Part shown: positions 18,688-28,518 of the stretch, in pieces
Numbering within the stretch: position 1 is the first letter of the stretch
Layout: each line of letters opens with the position of its first letter
NCBI GenBank assembly: GCA_963822445.1
Contig: CAWGHO010000002.1
Coordinates: 800,001 to 864,000 of the forward strand
DNA length: 64,000 nucleotides
Direction: 5' to 3'
Origin: an uncultured Acidobacteriota bacterium
GTDB lineage: Bacteria; Acidobacteriota; Thermoanaerobaculia; Gp7-AA8
Position numbers and translations under genes: made by a program
Notes under the pieces: model-generated
Told to the model about the DNA's origin: nothing
The model's database searches: none
What the model saw: only the letters and a program-made list of their open reading frames with translations

Positions 18688-19195
18688 AGCGTTTGGGCGC
18701 GCCGTATCGCAACGACACGAGCTTCGGCGACGCGCCTTTGACCAGCGTCACGATGAACAGATCGTCGTACGTCGAGTCGGGCATGTCCGGAACGGTTGCG
18801 CCGAGGGCGCGGATTACGTCGGGCGTGGTGTTCGAGTGGCCGGAGATGAGTACCGTGTCGCCCTCGTGCTTCTCGCGGATGATTTTCACCATCTCTTCGA
18901 CATATGTCTTGCCGGCGCCCACTTCCTCGACCTTCACGCCCAGCTTTTCAGCGACCGGCGCCACGGTCTTGCGCGTGCGCTCGAACGGCGTCGAATAAAT
19001 CGCGTCCAGCTTCACTCCTTCGAGCACGCGGGCCAGCTCGTTCGCGCGGGCCAGACCGGCTTCGCTCAACGGCACATCGCCTGACGGCCCGGCCTTTTCG
19101 CCGTGGCGGACGAGGATCACCGTCGTGATCTCCGGCCCTCCGTTCGCGAAGGCGGACGTGGCGAGGAGGAGCAGGGCGAGGATCGCTCGTTTCAT
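18686..19195 (-). CDS. Secreted histidine phosphatase (SixA/PGM family)
   Basis: VRHGEK, RTRKT, GHSNT; signal peptide. Confidence 0.9.
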   Translation of the reverse strand: MKRAILALLLLATSAFANGGPEITTVILVRHGEKAGPSGDVPLSEAGLARANELARVLEGVKLDAIYSTPFERTRKTVAPVAEKLGVKVEEVGAGKTYVEEMVKIIREKHEGDTVLISGHSNTTPDVIRALGATVPDMPDSTYDDLFIVTLVKGASPKLVSLRYGAPKR

Positions 19196-19263
19196 GGCGC
19201 GAGAGTGTAGGTCAGCTACGACGGGTAGAGGGCCGAAGTTCATTTGGTATATTCAATCGCCTC

Positions 19264-22200
19264 GTGCCCCTAACGTCATTCCATCCCGTCGTTCAACGCT
19301 GGTTCACTGAAACACTCGGTCAACCGACCCCCGCCCAGCAGCAAGGCTGGGCCGCCATCCGCGAGCGGCAGCACACCCTCATCGCCGCGCCGACGGGCTC
19401 CGGCAAGACCCTGGCGGCGTTCCTCACCGCGCTCGACGATCTCTTCCAGGAAAGCCTGCAAACCCCTCTGCCGGATGAAGTTCGGGTCGTTTATGTCTCG
19501 CCGCTCAAGGCGCTGAGCACCGACATCCACAAGAACCTCGCCGAGCCGCGCCTCGGGATTCGCAAGCTGGCCGAGGAGATGGGGCTGGGGACGCCGCGGA
19601 TCACGGCGGCGGTACGGACCGGCGACACGACTCAGGGCGAGCGCGCGTCGATGCTGAAAACGCCGCCGCACATCCTCGTGACCACGCCCGAGTCGCTCTA
19701 CCTCCTGCTCACCGCCGAGCGGGGAAGGGAGATGTTGCGCACGACGCGGACGGTGATCGTCGATGAGATCCACGCGCTGATCGGCACGCGCCGCGGCGCG
19801 CATCTCGCGCTGACGCTGGAGCGCCTGCAGCAGGTCGCCGAAGCGCCGCTGTTGCGACTGGGATTGTCGGCGACGCAGAAGCCGATCGATGAAGTGGCCA
19901 GGTACCTGACTGCAGGCGCCGATTGCACCATCGTCAACGAAGGCCACCGCCGGGCCATGGATCTCTCGCTGGAGATCCCCCGCTCTCGTCTCGACGCGGT
20001 GATGTCGGCTGAGGTCTGGACGGAGTACTACGAGCGCCTCACGGAGCTGATCGGCGCGCATCGCACGACGCTCGTGTTCGTGAACACGCGCAAGATGGCC
20101 GAGAGGGTCGCCCGCCACCTCACCGAGCGCCTCGGCGAAGACGCGGTCACCGCGCATCACGGCAGCCTCTCGAAAGAGAACCGTCTCGACGCCGAAACGC
20201 GCCTCAAGACCGGACAACTCAAGGCCCTCGTGGCCACGGCGTCGCTGGAGCTGGGCATCGACATCGGCCACGTCGACCTGGTCTGCCAGATCGGCTCCCC
20301 GCATCGCATCGCCACGTTCCTGCAGCGCGTCGGACGGTCCGGTCACACCGTCTCCGGCCTGCCGAAAGGCCGCGTGTTTCCGGTGTCGCGCGACGATCTG
20401 GTCGAATGCGCGGCGCTCCTGCGCTCCGTGCGCCGCGGTGAGCTCGACGCGATCATCACGCACGACGCGCCGCTCGACGTGCTCGCGCAACAGATCGTTG
20501 CCGAGGCTTCCTGCGAGGATTACTCGGAAGAGGGTTTGTTCGCGATGGTGCGCCGGGCCTGGCCGTATCGCGATCTCGCGCGCAAGGACTTCGATGAAGT
20601 CGTGAAGATGACCGCGGACGGATTCGCGACCAAGCGCGGACGCCGCGGCGCGCTGCTGCATCGCGATGAAGTGAATGGAAACGTTCGCGGACGCCGCGGA
20701 TCGCGCCAGCTGGCCATCACCTCCGGCGGCGCGATTCCGGAAGTCGCCGACTATCGCGTGGTCATGGAGCCGGACGAGACGTTCATCGGCACGCTCAACG
20801 AGGACTTCGCCATCGAGAGCAACGTCGGCGACATCTTCCAGCTCGGCAACATGTCCTGGCGCGTGCTGCAGGTGGCCGGCGGCGTGGTGCGCGTTGCCGA
20901 CGCCAAAGGCTCGCCGCCGAGCATCCCCTTCTGGTTCGGCGAGGCGCCGGGGCGGAGCGATGAGTTGTCGCGGGCGGTGAGTGACTTGCGGGCGGACGTC
21001 GAGGAGAGGCTCAAAGGCGCAGAGGCTCAAAGGCGCAAAGAGGACGTCGCCGAACCTTTGAGCCCTTGCGCCCTTGAGCCTTTGAGCCTTGTCGCGTGGC
21101 TGATCGACGAATGTTCCATCCCCGAGTCCGCCGCAATCGAAATCGCCGACTACCTCACCGAATCCAAACGCATCCTCGGCGTGCTCCCCACCCAGGACAC
21201 GCTCGTGCTGGAGCGCTTCTTCGACGAATCGGGCGGGATGCAGCTCGTGCTGCACGCGCCGTTCGGGAGCCGGATCAACAAGGCCTGGGGGCTCGCGCTG
21301 CGGAAGCGTTTCTGCAGGCAGTTCGATTTCGAATTGCAGGCCGCGGCAACCGAAGACGCCGTGCTGCTCTCGCTCGGTCCGCAGCATTCCTTCCCGCTCG
21401 CGGACGTCTTCCGTTATCTCCATCCGGCGACGGCGAAGGACGTGCTGGTCCAGGCGTTCCTCGATGCGCCGGTGTGGCAGACGCGGTGGCGCTGGAATGC
21501 CACGGTCTCGCTGGCCGTGCCGCGGAATCGCAACGGGAAGAAGGTCGCGCCGCAACTGCAGCGGATGATCGCCGACGATCTGATGGCCGGTGTCTTCCCC
21601 GATGCCGCGGCCTGTTTCGAGAATGTGGCCGGCGATCGCAAGATCCCCGACCATCCGCTCGTCAATCAGGCCGTGCGTGATTGCCTCGAGGAGGCGATGG
21701 ATTTCGAGGGGCTGTCGCGAGTGCTCACGCGGATTCATGCGGATGAGATCGAGCTCATTGCGCGCGACACGCCTGAGCCCTCGCCGCTCTCGCACGAGAT
21801 TCTCAACGCCAAACCCTACGCATTTCTCGACGATGCACCGCTGGAAGAGCGCCGCACGCAGGCCGTCTACACCCGCCGCGCCGGCGACGTCTCCTCGGCC
21901 AATGACCTCGGTGCACTCGACGTCGCAGCAATGGTCCGCGTTCGCGATGAGGCGCGGCCCGACCCTCGCGATGCGGATGAATTGCACGATGCGCTGCTGA
22001 GCGCGGGATTCCTCACGGATGTGGATGAGGAGTTGATTGCGAAGCTCGCCGCGACGAAGCGCGTGGCGTGTGCGGGAAACGCGTGGATCGCCGCGGAGCG
22101 CATCCCCGAGTTCCTCGCCATTCATCCGACCACGCAGTTCGCGGTCACCGCTCCGCAAAGCCGCAATCGCGAATGGTCCCGCGAGGACGCCATCAAGGAA

Positions 22201-23421
22201 ATCCTCCGCGGACGCATGACCATCCTCGGTCCGACCACGGCCGACGCGCTCGCAGCGTCGCTGAACATCGACAAGAGCGAAGCCGACGCCGCGCTGATCG
22301 CGCTCGAATCGGAGGGCGTCGTGCTGCGCGGCTCATTCGAGCATCGCAACGGCGTGGAGTGGTGCGATCGCCGCCTGCTCGCGCGCATCCATCGCTACAC
22401 CATCAACCGCCTGCGCGCGGAGATCGAGCCGGTCAACGCGGCGACGTTCCAGCGCTTCCTGTTCGCCTGGCAGCACGTCGCGCCGTTCACCAAGCTCGCC
22501 GGCGTCGACGGACTGCAGAAAATCCTCACCCAGCTCGACGGATATGAAGTCGCCGCCGGGGCGTGGGAGAAAACGGTGCTCCCCGCACGCGTCGAAGGCT
22601 ACGAGCCGTCGATGCTGGACATGCTCTGCCTGACCGGCGAAGTGGCCTGGGCGCGCTTGTCCGCGCCGACCGCGGCGACGGTCGTTTCCGCTACACCGAT
22701 TGCGCTATTCCTGCGGGCGAATGCCGAGGCCTGGCAGTCGGAGCGCGGAACGATCGAGTTGAGCCCGCGGGCGACGAACATCCTCGAGATCCTGAGAACG
22801 CGCGGAGCCTGCTTTGCCCGCGATCTCAACGACGATCTGCTCTCGCTGAGCGAGCTCGTTTCGGCGGGACTGATTGCATCGGATGGATTCGCCGGCCTGC
22901 GCACGCTCATCGCCGCAGCGAACGATCATCGTCCACGTGCGAACTTCTCCGGACGCTGGTCAGCACTTCCGCCCGGGTCCGAGCGCGACGAAAACGCGGT
23001 CGAGATTCAGGCAAAGGCTTTTCTGCGGCGCTACGGAATCGTCTTCCGGCGCCTGCTCACCCGCGAGGCCAGCGCGGCGCCGTGGCGCGAGCTGTCGCGG
23101 ATCTATCGGAGGCTGGAGGCGCGCGGCGAGATTCGCGGCGGGCGCTTCGTGCACGGCATGAGCGGCGAGCAGTTCGCGCTGCCCGAAGCGGTCGAGCGCC
23201 TGCGCGAGATCCGCCGCCAGCCCGCCGACGGCCGGATCATCAGCATCAGCGCCGCCGATCCGCTGAACCTCACCGGCATCCTGACGTCGGACGAGCGAAT
23301 CCGCGCGGCCACCAACACGGTCATCTCCTACCGCGACGGAATAGTGCAGAGCGAGCCCGGCGCACACGCCGATTACCAGCCCGAGCGTCACTTCGACCAG
23401 CGTGTGCCGCTTCAGGCGTAA
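19264..23421 (+). CDS. lhr: Lhr-family ATP-dependent helicase
   Basis: APTGSGKT, TTPESL, DEIH, SAT, SLELGIDIG, QRVGRSGH; C-terminal GEIRGGRFV..GEQFA, AADPLN. Confidence 0.93.
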   Translation: MPLTSFHPVVQRWFTETLGQPTPAQQQGWAAIRERQHTLIAAPTGSGKTLAAFLTALDDLFQESLQTPLPDEVRVVYVSPLKALSTDIHKNLAEPRLGIRKLAEEMGLGTPRITAAVRTGDTTQGERASMLKTPPHILVTTPESLYLLLTAERGREMLRTTRTVIVDEIHALIGTRRGAHLALTLERLQQVAEAPLLRLGLSATQKPIDEVARYLTAGADCTIVNEGHRRAMDLSLEIPRSRLDAVMSAEVWTEYYERLTELIGAHRTTLVFVNTRKMAERVARHLTERLGEDAVTAHHGSLSKENRLDAETRLKTGQLKALVATASLELGIDIGHVDLVCQIGSPHRIATFLQRVGRSGHTVSGLPKGRVFPVSRDDLVECAALLRSVRRGELDAIITHDAPLDVLAQQIVAEASCEDYSEEGLFAMVRRAWPYRDLARKDFDEVVKMTADGFATKRGRRGALLHRDEVNGNVRGRRGSRQLAITSGGAIPEVADYRVVMEPDETFIGTLNEDFAIESNVGDIFQLGNMSWRVLQVAGGVVRVADAKGSPPSIPFWFGEAPGRSDELSRAVSDLRADVEERLKGAEAQRRKEDVAEPLSPCALEPLSLVAWLIDECSIPESAAIEIADYLTESKRILGVLPTQDTLVLERFFDESGGMQLVLHAPFGSRINKAWGLALRKRFCRQFDFELQAAATEDAVLLSLGPQHSFPLADVFRYLHPATAKDVLVQAFLDAPVWQTRWRWNATVSLAVPRNRNGKKVAPQLQRMIADDLMAGVFPDAAACFENVAGDRKIPDHPLVNQAVRDCLEEAMDFEGLSRVLTRIHADEIELIARDTPEPSPLSHEILNAKPYAFLDDAPLEERRTQAVYTRRAGDVSSANDLGALDVAAMVRVRDEARPDPRDADELHDALLSAGFLTDVDEELIAKLAATKRVACAGNAWIAAERIPEFLAIHPTTQFAVTAPQSRNREWSREDAIKEILRGRMTILGPTTADALAASLNIDKSEADAALIALESEGVVLRGSFEHRNGVEWCDRRLLARIHRYTINRLRAEIEPVNAATFQRFLFAWQHVAPFTKLAGVDGLQKILTQLDGYEVAAGAWEKTVLPARVEGYEPSMLDMLCLTGEVAWARLSAPTAATVVSATPIALFLRANAEAWQSERGTIELSPRATNILEILRTRGACFARDLNDDLLSLSELVSAGLIASDGFAGLRTLIAAANDHRPRANFSGRWSALPPGSERDENAVEIQAKAFLRRYGIVFRRLLTREASAAPWRELSRIYRRLEARGEIRGGRFVHGMSGEQFALPEAVERLREIRRQPADGRIISISAADPLNLTGILTSDERIRAATNTVISYRDGIVQSEPGAHADYQPERHFDQRVPLQA
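21007..21089. repeat. 8-bp-unit palindromic element in frame within lhr
   Basis: aggctcaa aggcgcag aggctcaa aggcgcaa ... ctttgagcc cttgcgcc cttgagcc tttgagcct. Confidence 0.85.
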
Positions 23422-23883
23422 CCGCGACCAGATCAGCAGCGGCACCAGCGCGGCGATCGCCCAGCCCACCGGCGATCGAAAAAAAAGCAGCGCCGTCGCC
23501 GAATACGCGGCGAGCGCCAGATGCAGCGAGACCTTCACCCAACGCGTCAGGATCGCGCAGAGAAGGAGCATGACCAGCGTCACGACCAGCCCCCGCATCA
23601 GCGGCGATCGCGGCTGCGTGACCGCGAGCCACGCGAACCAGGCCACGACCGCGCTGATCCCGACAATGTAGAGGAGTGGCCGTTCTCGGCGATGGGTTGC
23701 GTCGACATGCTCCCAGGCTCCGCGGCGCACCTGCCGGATCATCAGGATCGCTATCGGGACGATGACAATGGCGACGAAGGCGAGGGCCGTACCCTGGCTG
23801 CGACGGCCGGAGGCCACGACCAGGGCCGTCGCGGTCACGAAGGGATGGCCGACGATCGAGACCCACCGGGCAACCTTTTCCAC
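22960..23883 (-). CDS. PAP2-like membrane protein; family-like part ends ~23340, rest is antisense to lhr
   Basis: KVSLH, WSRLRLKRHT..EV..G motifs, multiple TM segments. Confidence 0.7.
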   Translation of the reverse strand: MEKVARWVSIVGHPFVTATALVVASGRRSQGTALAFVAIVIVPIAILMIRQVRRGAWEHVDATHRRERPLLYIVGISAVVAWFAWLAVTQPRSPLMRGLVVTLVMLLLCAILTRWVKVSLHLALAAYSATALLFFRSPVGWAIAALVPLLIWSRLRLKRHTLVEVTLGLVIGVCAGLALHYSVAVGDDRVGGRADSLVRRQDAGEVQRIGGADADDPAVGGLAADLAQALDRFGQRELLAAHAVHEAPAANLAARLQPPIDPRQLAPRRRAGLAGEQAPEDDSVAPQKSLCLNLDRVFVALGPGRKC

Positions 23884-23900
23884 AGAGGAAGCGTACCTGC

Positions 23901-23925
23901 TAACCGACCTCCCCCCGGTGCGTAA
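23901..23925 (+). promoter_or_regulatory. Possible ECF sigma promoter
   Basis: TAACC-15 nt-CGTAA upstream of the ECF operon. Confidence 0.35.
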
Positions 23926-23948
23926 CTAGCGGGCAAAGAGGAAAGCTC

Positions 23949-24866
23949 ATGCTCGACAAGTTCATCACCGTACTCATCGTGGTCATCATGGTCGTCACGG
24001 CCTGCACCGCCGGCGCCCAAGAGACGGAGACCACCACCGCACCGCCCGTAACCTCCACTGTCGCCACGACTTCGACGGCGCCGGCCGCCGGCACCACCGT
24101 CACCATCGCCGAAACCGCCAGCAGCACTGAAGTCCGCAGCGAGCTCTACAACATCCTGCGCCGCCTTCCGCCGGAAGTAGCCAAGGTCCTGAAGCTCGAT
24201 CCGACCCTCTGGTCGAATCCGAGCTACATGGCGAACTACCCGACCCTGCAGGCGTTCGTGGCGCAGCATCCCGAAGTCGCTCACAATCCGCGGTTCTTCC
24301 TCGAGGACGTCTGGCTTCCGAACGATCCGCTTCCCCGCACCGCGTCGATGGAGCTGTGGGAGGACCTCCTGGAAGGCATCTTCATCTTCGTGGTCGTGGG
24401 CGCCATCGCCTTCGCACTAGGGTGGCTCATCCGCACCATCCTCAATCACCGCCGCTGGTCCCGTCTGGCGCGCGTGCAGACCGAGGTGCACACCAAGTTG
24501 CTCGACCGCTTCTCGTCGAATGAGGAGCTGATGGCCTACATCAATACGACCGCCGGCAAGCGATTCCTGGAGGCCGCACCGATCCCGGTTCAGGAGGCCA
24601 GCCCGGCGCCGCAGATCGCCGCACCGGTCAACCGCGTGCTCTGGTCGATACAGGCGGGTGTCATCATCGGCGCCGCGAGCCTCGGCCTCGTGGTCGTCAG
24701 CTGGATCTCCGACAAGGACGTGGCCCCGGCCCTCTCCGGAATCGGAGTGCTCGGAATCGCCGTCGGAATCGGCTGCATCGCCTCCGCCGCAGCGTCCATG
24801 ATCCTCTCCAAACGACTGGGCATCTGGTCAGCGCCGGGGTCCGTGACCGATACTGCCGCCGAGTAA
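23949..24866 (+). CDS. Hypothetical membrane protein preceding ECF sigma
   Basis: Signal peptide, Thr-rich linker, 3 TM segments. Confidence 0.75.
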   Translation: MLDKFITVLIVVIMVVTACTAGAQETETTTAPPVTSTVATTSTAPAAGTTVTIAETASSTEVRSELYNILRRLPPEVAKVLKLDPTLWSNPSYMANYPTLQAFVAQHPEVAHNPRFFLEDVWLPNDPLPRTASMELWEDLLEGIFIFVVVGAIAFALGWLIRTILNHRRWSRLARVQTEVHTKLLDRFSSNEELMAYINTTAGKRFLEAAPIPVQEASPAPQIAAPVNRVLWSIQAGVIIGAASLGLVVVSWISDKDVAPALSGIGVLGIAVGIGCIASAAASMILSKRLGIWSAPGSVTDTAAE

Positions 24867-24869
24867 ACG

Positions 24870-25418
24870 ATGCGATTCCTGGTGACAACAGCCGACACCA
24901 CCCTGGCGGAGATCGAAGAAGCAGCCCGCCTGCCGATGGATGAAGACGCGTTCCGCTCGTTCTACGACCGGACTTCCCGCAGCGTGTGGGCTTATCTGTC
25001 GCGATTGACCGGCGATCGCCAGCTGGCCGACGACCTGCTTCAGGAGACTTATTACCGCTTCTGCCGCGCCGGTGCGACTCACGAAAACGAGACGCACCGG
25101 CGTAACTCGCTTTTCCTGATCGCCACCAACCTGGTGCGCGATTCGGTGCGGCGCCGGCAGTTCTCGGAACTGATCCCGCTCGAGACGGAGATGCATCACA
25201 TCGATCATCACGCCGCCGAACGGACCGAAGGGCGCACGGATCTGGCGAAAGCGATGAAGCAGCTCAAGCCGGCCCAGCGCGCGCTGATCACCCTCGCCTA
25301 CGGACAGGGCGCGTCCCACGCGGAGATCGCCGAGATCCTTGGCCTGAAATCGGCGAGCATCAAATCGCTTCTTTTCCGCGCGCGGCGCCGCCTCGCGCAG
25401 CTCTTGGAACGCTCATGA
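24870..25418 (+). CDS. ECF RNA polymerase sigma factor
   Basis: ADDLLQETY; region 4 HAEIAEILG..IKSLLFRARRRL. Confidence 0.93.
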   Translation: MRFLVTTADTTLAEIEEAARLPMDEDAFRSFYDRTSRSVWAYLSRLTGDRQLADDLLQETYYRFCRAGATHENETHRRNSLFLIATNLVRDSVRRRQFSELIPLETEMHHIDHHAAERTEGRTDLAKAMKQLKPAQRALITLAYGQGASHAEIAEILGLKSASIKSLLFRARRRLAQLLERS

Positions 25419-25897
25419 ACTGCGAACGCGAATTCGATGTCCTGGACGCGGTGATGTCCGGCCGCTGGCCGGATGGGTGCGACGAGGAGCTGCGCATGCA
25501 CGCGCATCAGTGCGCGATCTGCGTCGATCTGATCGAGGTCGCTCATGCCGTTCGCAGCGAGCATTTGGCCGAGATGCAGGAAGCCAACGTTCCCCCGTCC
25601 GGCGTGGTGTGGTGGAAAGCCCAGCGCCGCGCGCGACAGGAAGCGGTCACCGCCGCTCGACGCACGATCGCCGCGGTGCAGACGGGAACGATGGCCGCCG
25701 CGGTGATCATCGGCCTCGCGATCATCGGCGGTGTGGGGGTTCTCGTGGCGCAGGTGACGAACGTCTTCGATTTCAGCTGGTTCCACCTGCCGACGATCGA
25801 CTTCACACCGAACGGCAGCGTGACCATCCTCGTCGCCGCGGTGAGCCTGTTGCTGCTCGCGCCGGTGGCGGTGTGGTTCGCGGTTCACGAGGATTAG
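25415..25897 (+). CDS. Zinc-finger membrane anti-sigma factor
   Basis: HAHQCAIC (HxxxCxxC), TM helices, ATGA coupling. Confidence 0.85.
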   Translation: MNCEREFDVLDAVMSGRWPDGCDEELRMHAHQCAICVDLIEVAHAVRSEHLAEMQEANVPPSGVVWWKAQRRARQEAVTAARRTIAAVQTGTMAAAVIIGLAIIGGVGVLVAQVTNVFDFSWFHLPTIDFTPNGSVTILVAAVSLLLLAPVAVWFAVHED

Positions 25898-27165
25898 ATG
25901 GAGTGCGGCGGCGGCGGAATCCCCCGCTTCGCGACGTTCTCCATCGCCTCGCAGAAACGATCCAGCTCCTCGACCGTCGTGTAGACGCTCGGCGTCACGC
26001 GCACGCCTTTGAACTCGTCGTGGCCGATCGGCGTGACCAGGATCCGGTACGCGGCGAAGAGGTGTTGCGCGAGTTTGCCGGGATCGGTGCCTTCGATCTC
26101 CACCGTCCCGATCGCGCACGATTGCTTGTCGTCGAGCGGCGTGTGCAGGCGGATCTTGGAAACATTGCGCAGCTTGTTCTCCCAGTAACGAGCGAGGTAG
26201 CGGAGACGGTCCGCTTTCCGCTCCGCGCCGATGCCGCGATGAAAAAGAATGGCCTCGCCGATCGCCAATCGCGGCGCCGCGGAGTGCGTGCCGATCTCTT
26301 CGAACTTGCGGATGTCGGCGGCATTCTTCTTCTCCGCGGCCATGAGCGGCCAGAGTCGCTCGATGCGATCGCGGCGCACGTACAGCATCCCCGTGCCTTT
26401 CGGCGCGAAGAGCCACTTGTGCAGGCTCGTGCCGAAGTAATCGCAGCCGATCTCGTCGCGCGTGAAGGGGAAATGCGCGAATGAATGCGCGCCGTCGACG
26501 ATGACCTCGATGCCGCGCGCGCGGCCGAGGTCGCAGATCGCGCGGATCGGCGTGATCTGGCCGGTGATGTTCACCACGTGCGACGCCAGGATGACCTTCG
26601 TCTTCGGCGTGATGCCCGCCTCGAATGCGCGCACGATCTCGGTCGGATCTTTCGGCACGAGCGGCAGCTTCACCTGCCTGAGGACGATGCCTTCGCGCTG
26701 CTCGCGCTGCTGCAGCGTGGTGATCATGCGCGGATAGTCGTGGGTCGAGGTGAGGATTTCGTCGCCGCGCTTGAGATCGAGGCCGAAGAGGAGGATCTCC
26801 AGCGATTCCGAGGCGTTGCGGGTGATGGCGATCTCCTCGCGGTCGCAGCCGAAGAGCGCGGCCAGCTCGGTGCGGATGCGCTCGGACTGCGGCTCGAGGA
26901 TCTGCCACATCGTGTACGCGGTCGCATCCTCCTGCTGCCACGTGTACTTCGTGAAAGCCTCGGTCACAATCCGCGGCGACGGCGAGACTCCGCCGTTGTT
27001 CAGATTGATGATGCCGCGTCCGCCGGAGAAAGACTGCTGGATGAAAGCCCAGAAGTCGTTCGTCTTTTCCATTTCGTGAGCGAGCGCGCCGATCGCGGGA
27101 ACGCTCGCGGCCGCGAGTCCGACGACTTTGCCGGCGTTGGCGAGAAAGGCCCGGCGGGTATCCAT
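25894..27165 (-). CDS. Tat-exported class V PLP enzyme (isopenicillin N epimerase-like)
   Basis: TRRAFL, NASESL, VDGAHS, SLHKWLFAPKGTG. Confidence 0.9.
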   Translation of the reverse strand: MDTRRAFLANAGKVVGLAAASVPAIGALAHEMEKTNDFWAFIQQSFSGGRGIINLNNGGVSPSPRIVTEAFTKYTWQQEDATAYTMWQILEPQSERIRTELAALFGCDREEIAITRNASESLEILLFGLDLKRGDEILTSTHDYPRMITTLQQREQREGIVLRQVKLPLVPKDPTEIVRAFEAGITPKTKVILASHVVNITGQITPIRAICDLGRARGIEVIVDGAHSFAHFPFTRDEIGCDYFGTSLHKWLFAPKGTGMLYVRRDRIERLWPLMAAEKKNAADIRKFEEIGTHSAAPRLAIGEAILFHRGIGAERKADRLRYLARYWENKLRNVSKIRLHTPLDDKQSCAIGTVEIEGTDPGKLAQHLFAAYRILVTPIGHDEFKGVRVTPSVYTTVEELDRFCEAMENVAKRGIPPPPHSI

Positions 27166-28406
27166 CAGTTCCTGTCGAATTGGGTGCCTCGCTTCTTCAT
27201 GGTGCGCAACCGGTCGAGGAGAAACATCTTGGGCACTTCCCTGCCGGAGAGTATCCGGTTCGCGGCCATCTCGCCTACCGCCGGCGAGAGCTTGAAGCCG
27301 TGACCCGATCCGCCGCCGATCAGCCAGACGTTCGCGGCGCGAGGATGGCGATCGATGATCAGGTTGCCATCCGGGCTGTTCTCGTACTGGCAGACCTCCG
27401 CTTTGAGCAGCGGTGCGTTGGACAGCTCGGGAAAGCGCTCGGCGAGCACGGCCCGCGCGCGAGCGAGCCCTGCCTCGGACGGCGTGCGATTGCCATTCGT
27501 TGGATCGAACGGCTCGCCGCGCGTGTCGTCGGCGATCTTGAGACCGCTGGCGCCGAGGTCGGGGACGCCGTAGAAAATGCGCTCGCCGAAATCGATCCAG
27601 ATCGGAAGGCGACCGGGTTGATAGCGCTCCGAGCCGCGCGGCGTTCCGAAGTAGAAGACCTCCTGCCGCGTCGGTTGAATCGCGTCAGCGAGGAGATCGG
27701 GGAAGAGCTGCCCGAGCCAGGGTCCGCAGGCGAAGATGAAGAGGTCCGCTTCGATCTTCGAACCGTCCGCGAGTCGCAGCGCGGTCAGCGATTTGTCGAT
27801 CTCCGGAGTCTCGACGTGAGCGGTGCGATAGCTGCCGCCGGCTTTCTGAAACGCATCACGGACTACCGCGCAGGCGCGACGCGCGGACAACGCGCCGGCC
27901 CGGCGCTCGACCCAGACCGACTTCACGCCCTTGAAATCGATCTGCGGGTACTTGCGCGCGGCATCGGCTACGGTCAGTTGATCGATCGGAAATCCGCTGG
28001 CCTGCATGACCGGTACGGACGAGCGAACGTACGCGTCATCGCCGCGATGCATCCAGACTACGCCCGTCTCCACGTACAACGATTCGTCGGTCGAAGCGTC
28101 GAGCGTCTCCCACATCGCGTACGAGCGTTTGACCATCTCCGTGTACTCGCGATCGGCGCCGTAGATCGCGCGGATGACGCGGGTCTCGCCGCCGGAGCTC
28201 GACCTCGCGTTGCCGGGTCCCCAGGAGTCGACGAGAGTGACGTTCGCGCCGAGGCGGCGGAGATGCAGCGCGGTCCATCCGCCGAATGCGCCGGCGCCGA
28301 TGACCACGATTCTGGGAGGGGATTTGGCGAGAAGCTCGCCGCCGACGAGGGCCGCCGCGAACGGCAGCGCCGCATTGCGCACGAACCTTCGTCGGGTGAT
28401 GGTCAT
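27165..28406 (-). CDS. Tat-exported FAD-dependent oxidoreductase (sarcosine oxidase-like)
   Basis: TRRRFV, GAGAFG, SSGGETRVIR, CQY, SGHGFK. Confidence 0.9.
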   Translation of the reverse strand: MTITRRRFVRNAALPFAAALVGGELLAKSPPRIVVIGAGAFGGWTALHLRRLGANVTLVDSWGPGNARSSSGGETRVIRAIYGADREYTEMVKRSYAMWETLDASTDESLYVETGVVWMHRGDDAYVRSSVPVMQASGFPIDQLTVADAARKYPQIDFKGVKSVWVERRAGALSARRACAVVRDAFQKAGGSYRTAHVETPEIDKSLTALRLADGSKIEADLFIFACGPWLGQLFPDLLADAIQPTRQEVFYFGTPRGSERYQPGRLPIWIDFGERIFYGVPDLGASGLKIADDTRGEPFDPTNGNRTPSEAGLARARAVLAERFPELSNAPLLKAEVCQYENSPDGNLIIDRHPRAANVWLIGGGSGHGFKLSPAVGEMAANRILSGREVPKMFLLDRLRTMKKRGTQFDRN

Positions 28407-28413
28407 GGCGACA

Positions 28414-28509
28414 TGTCATCCCGAGCGTGAGTCGAGGGACCTGGTGGGGTGGGAGGCGCGATCACCGCGCCGCCGCCCGCCGGATCCCTCGACTTCGCTC
28501 GGGATGACA
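28414..28509. repeat. REP-like long palindrome
   Basis: tgtcatcccgagcgtgagtcgagggac ... gatccctcgacttcgctcgggatgaca. Confidence 0.85.
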
Positions 28510-28518
28510 AGGGGAAGT

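Noticed and set aside
19276-22158. 960-aa antisense ORF (likewise 34255-37035, 6414-8174, 29734-31419)
   Set aside because: Shadow ORFs opposite well-supported genes in high-GC DNA; no motifs
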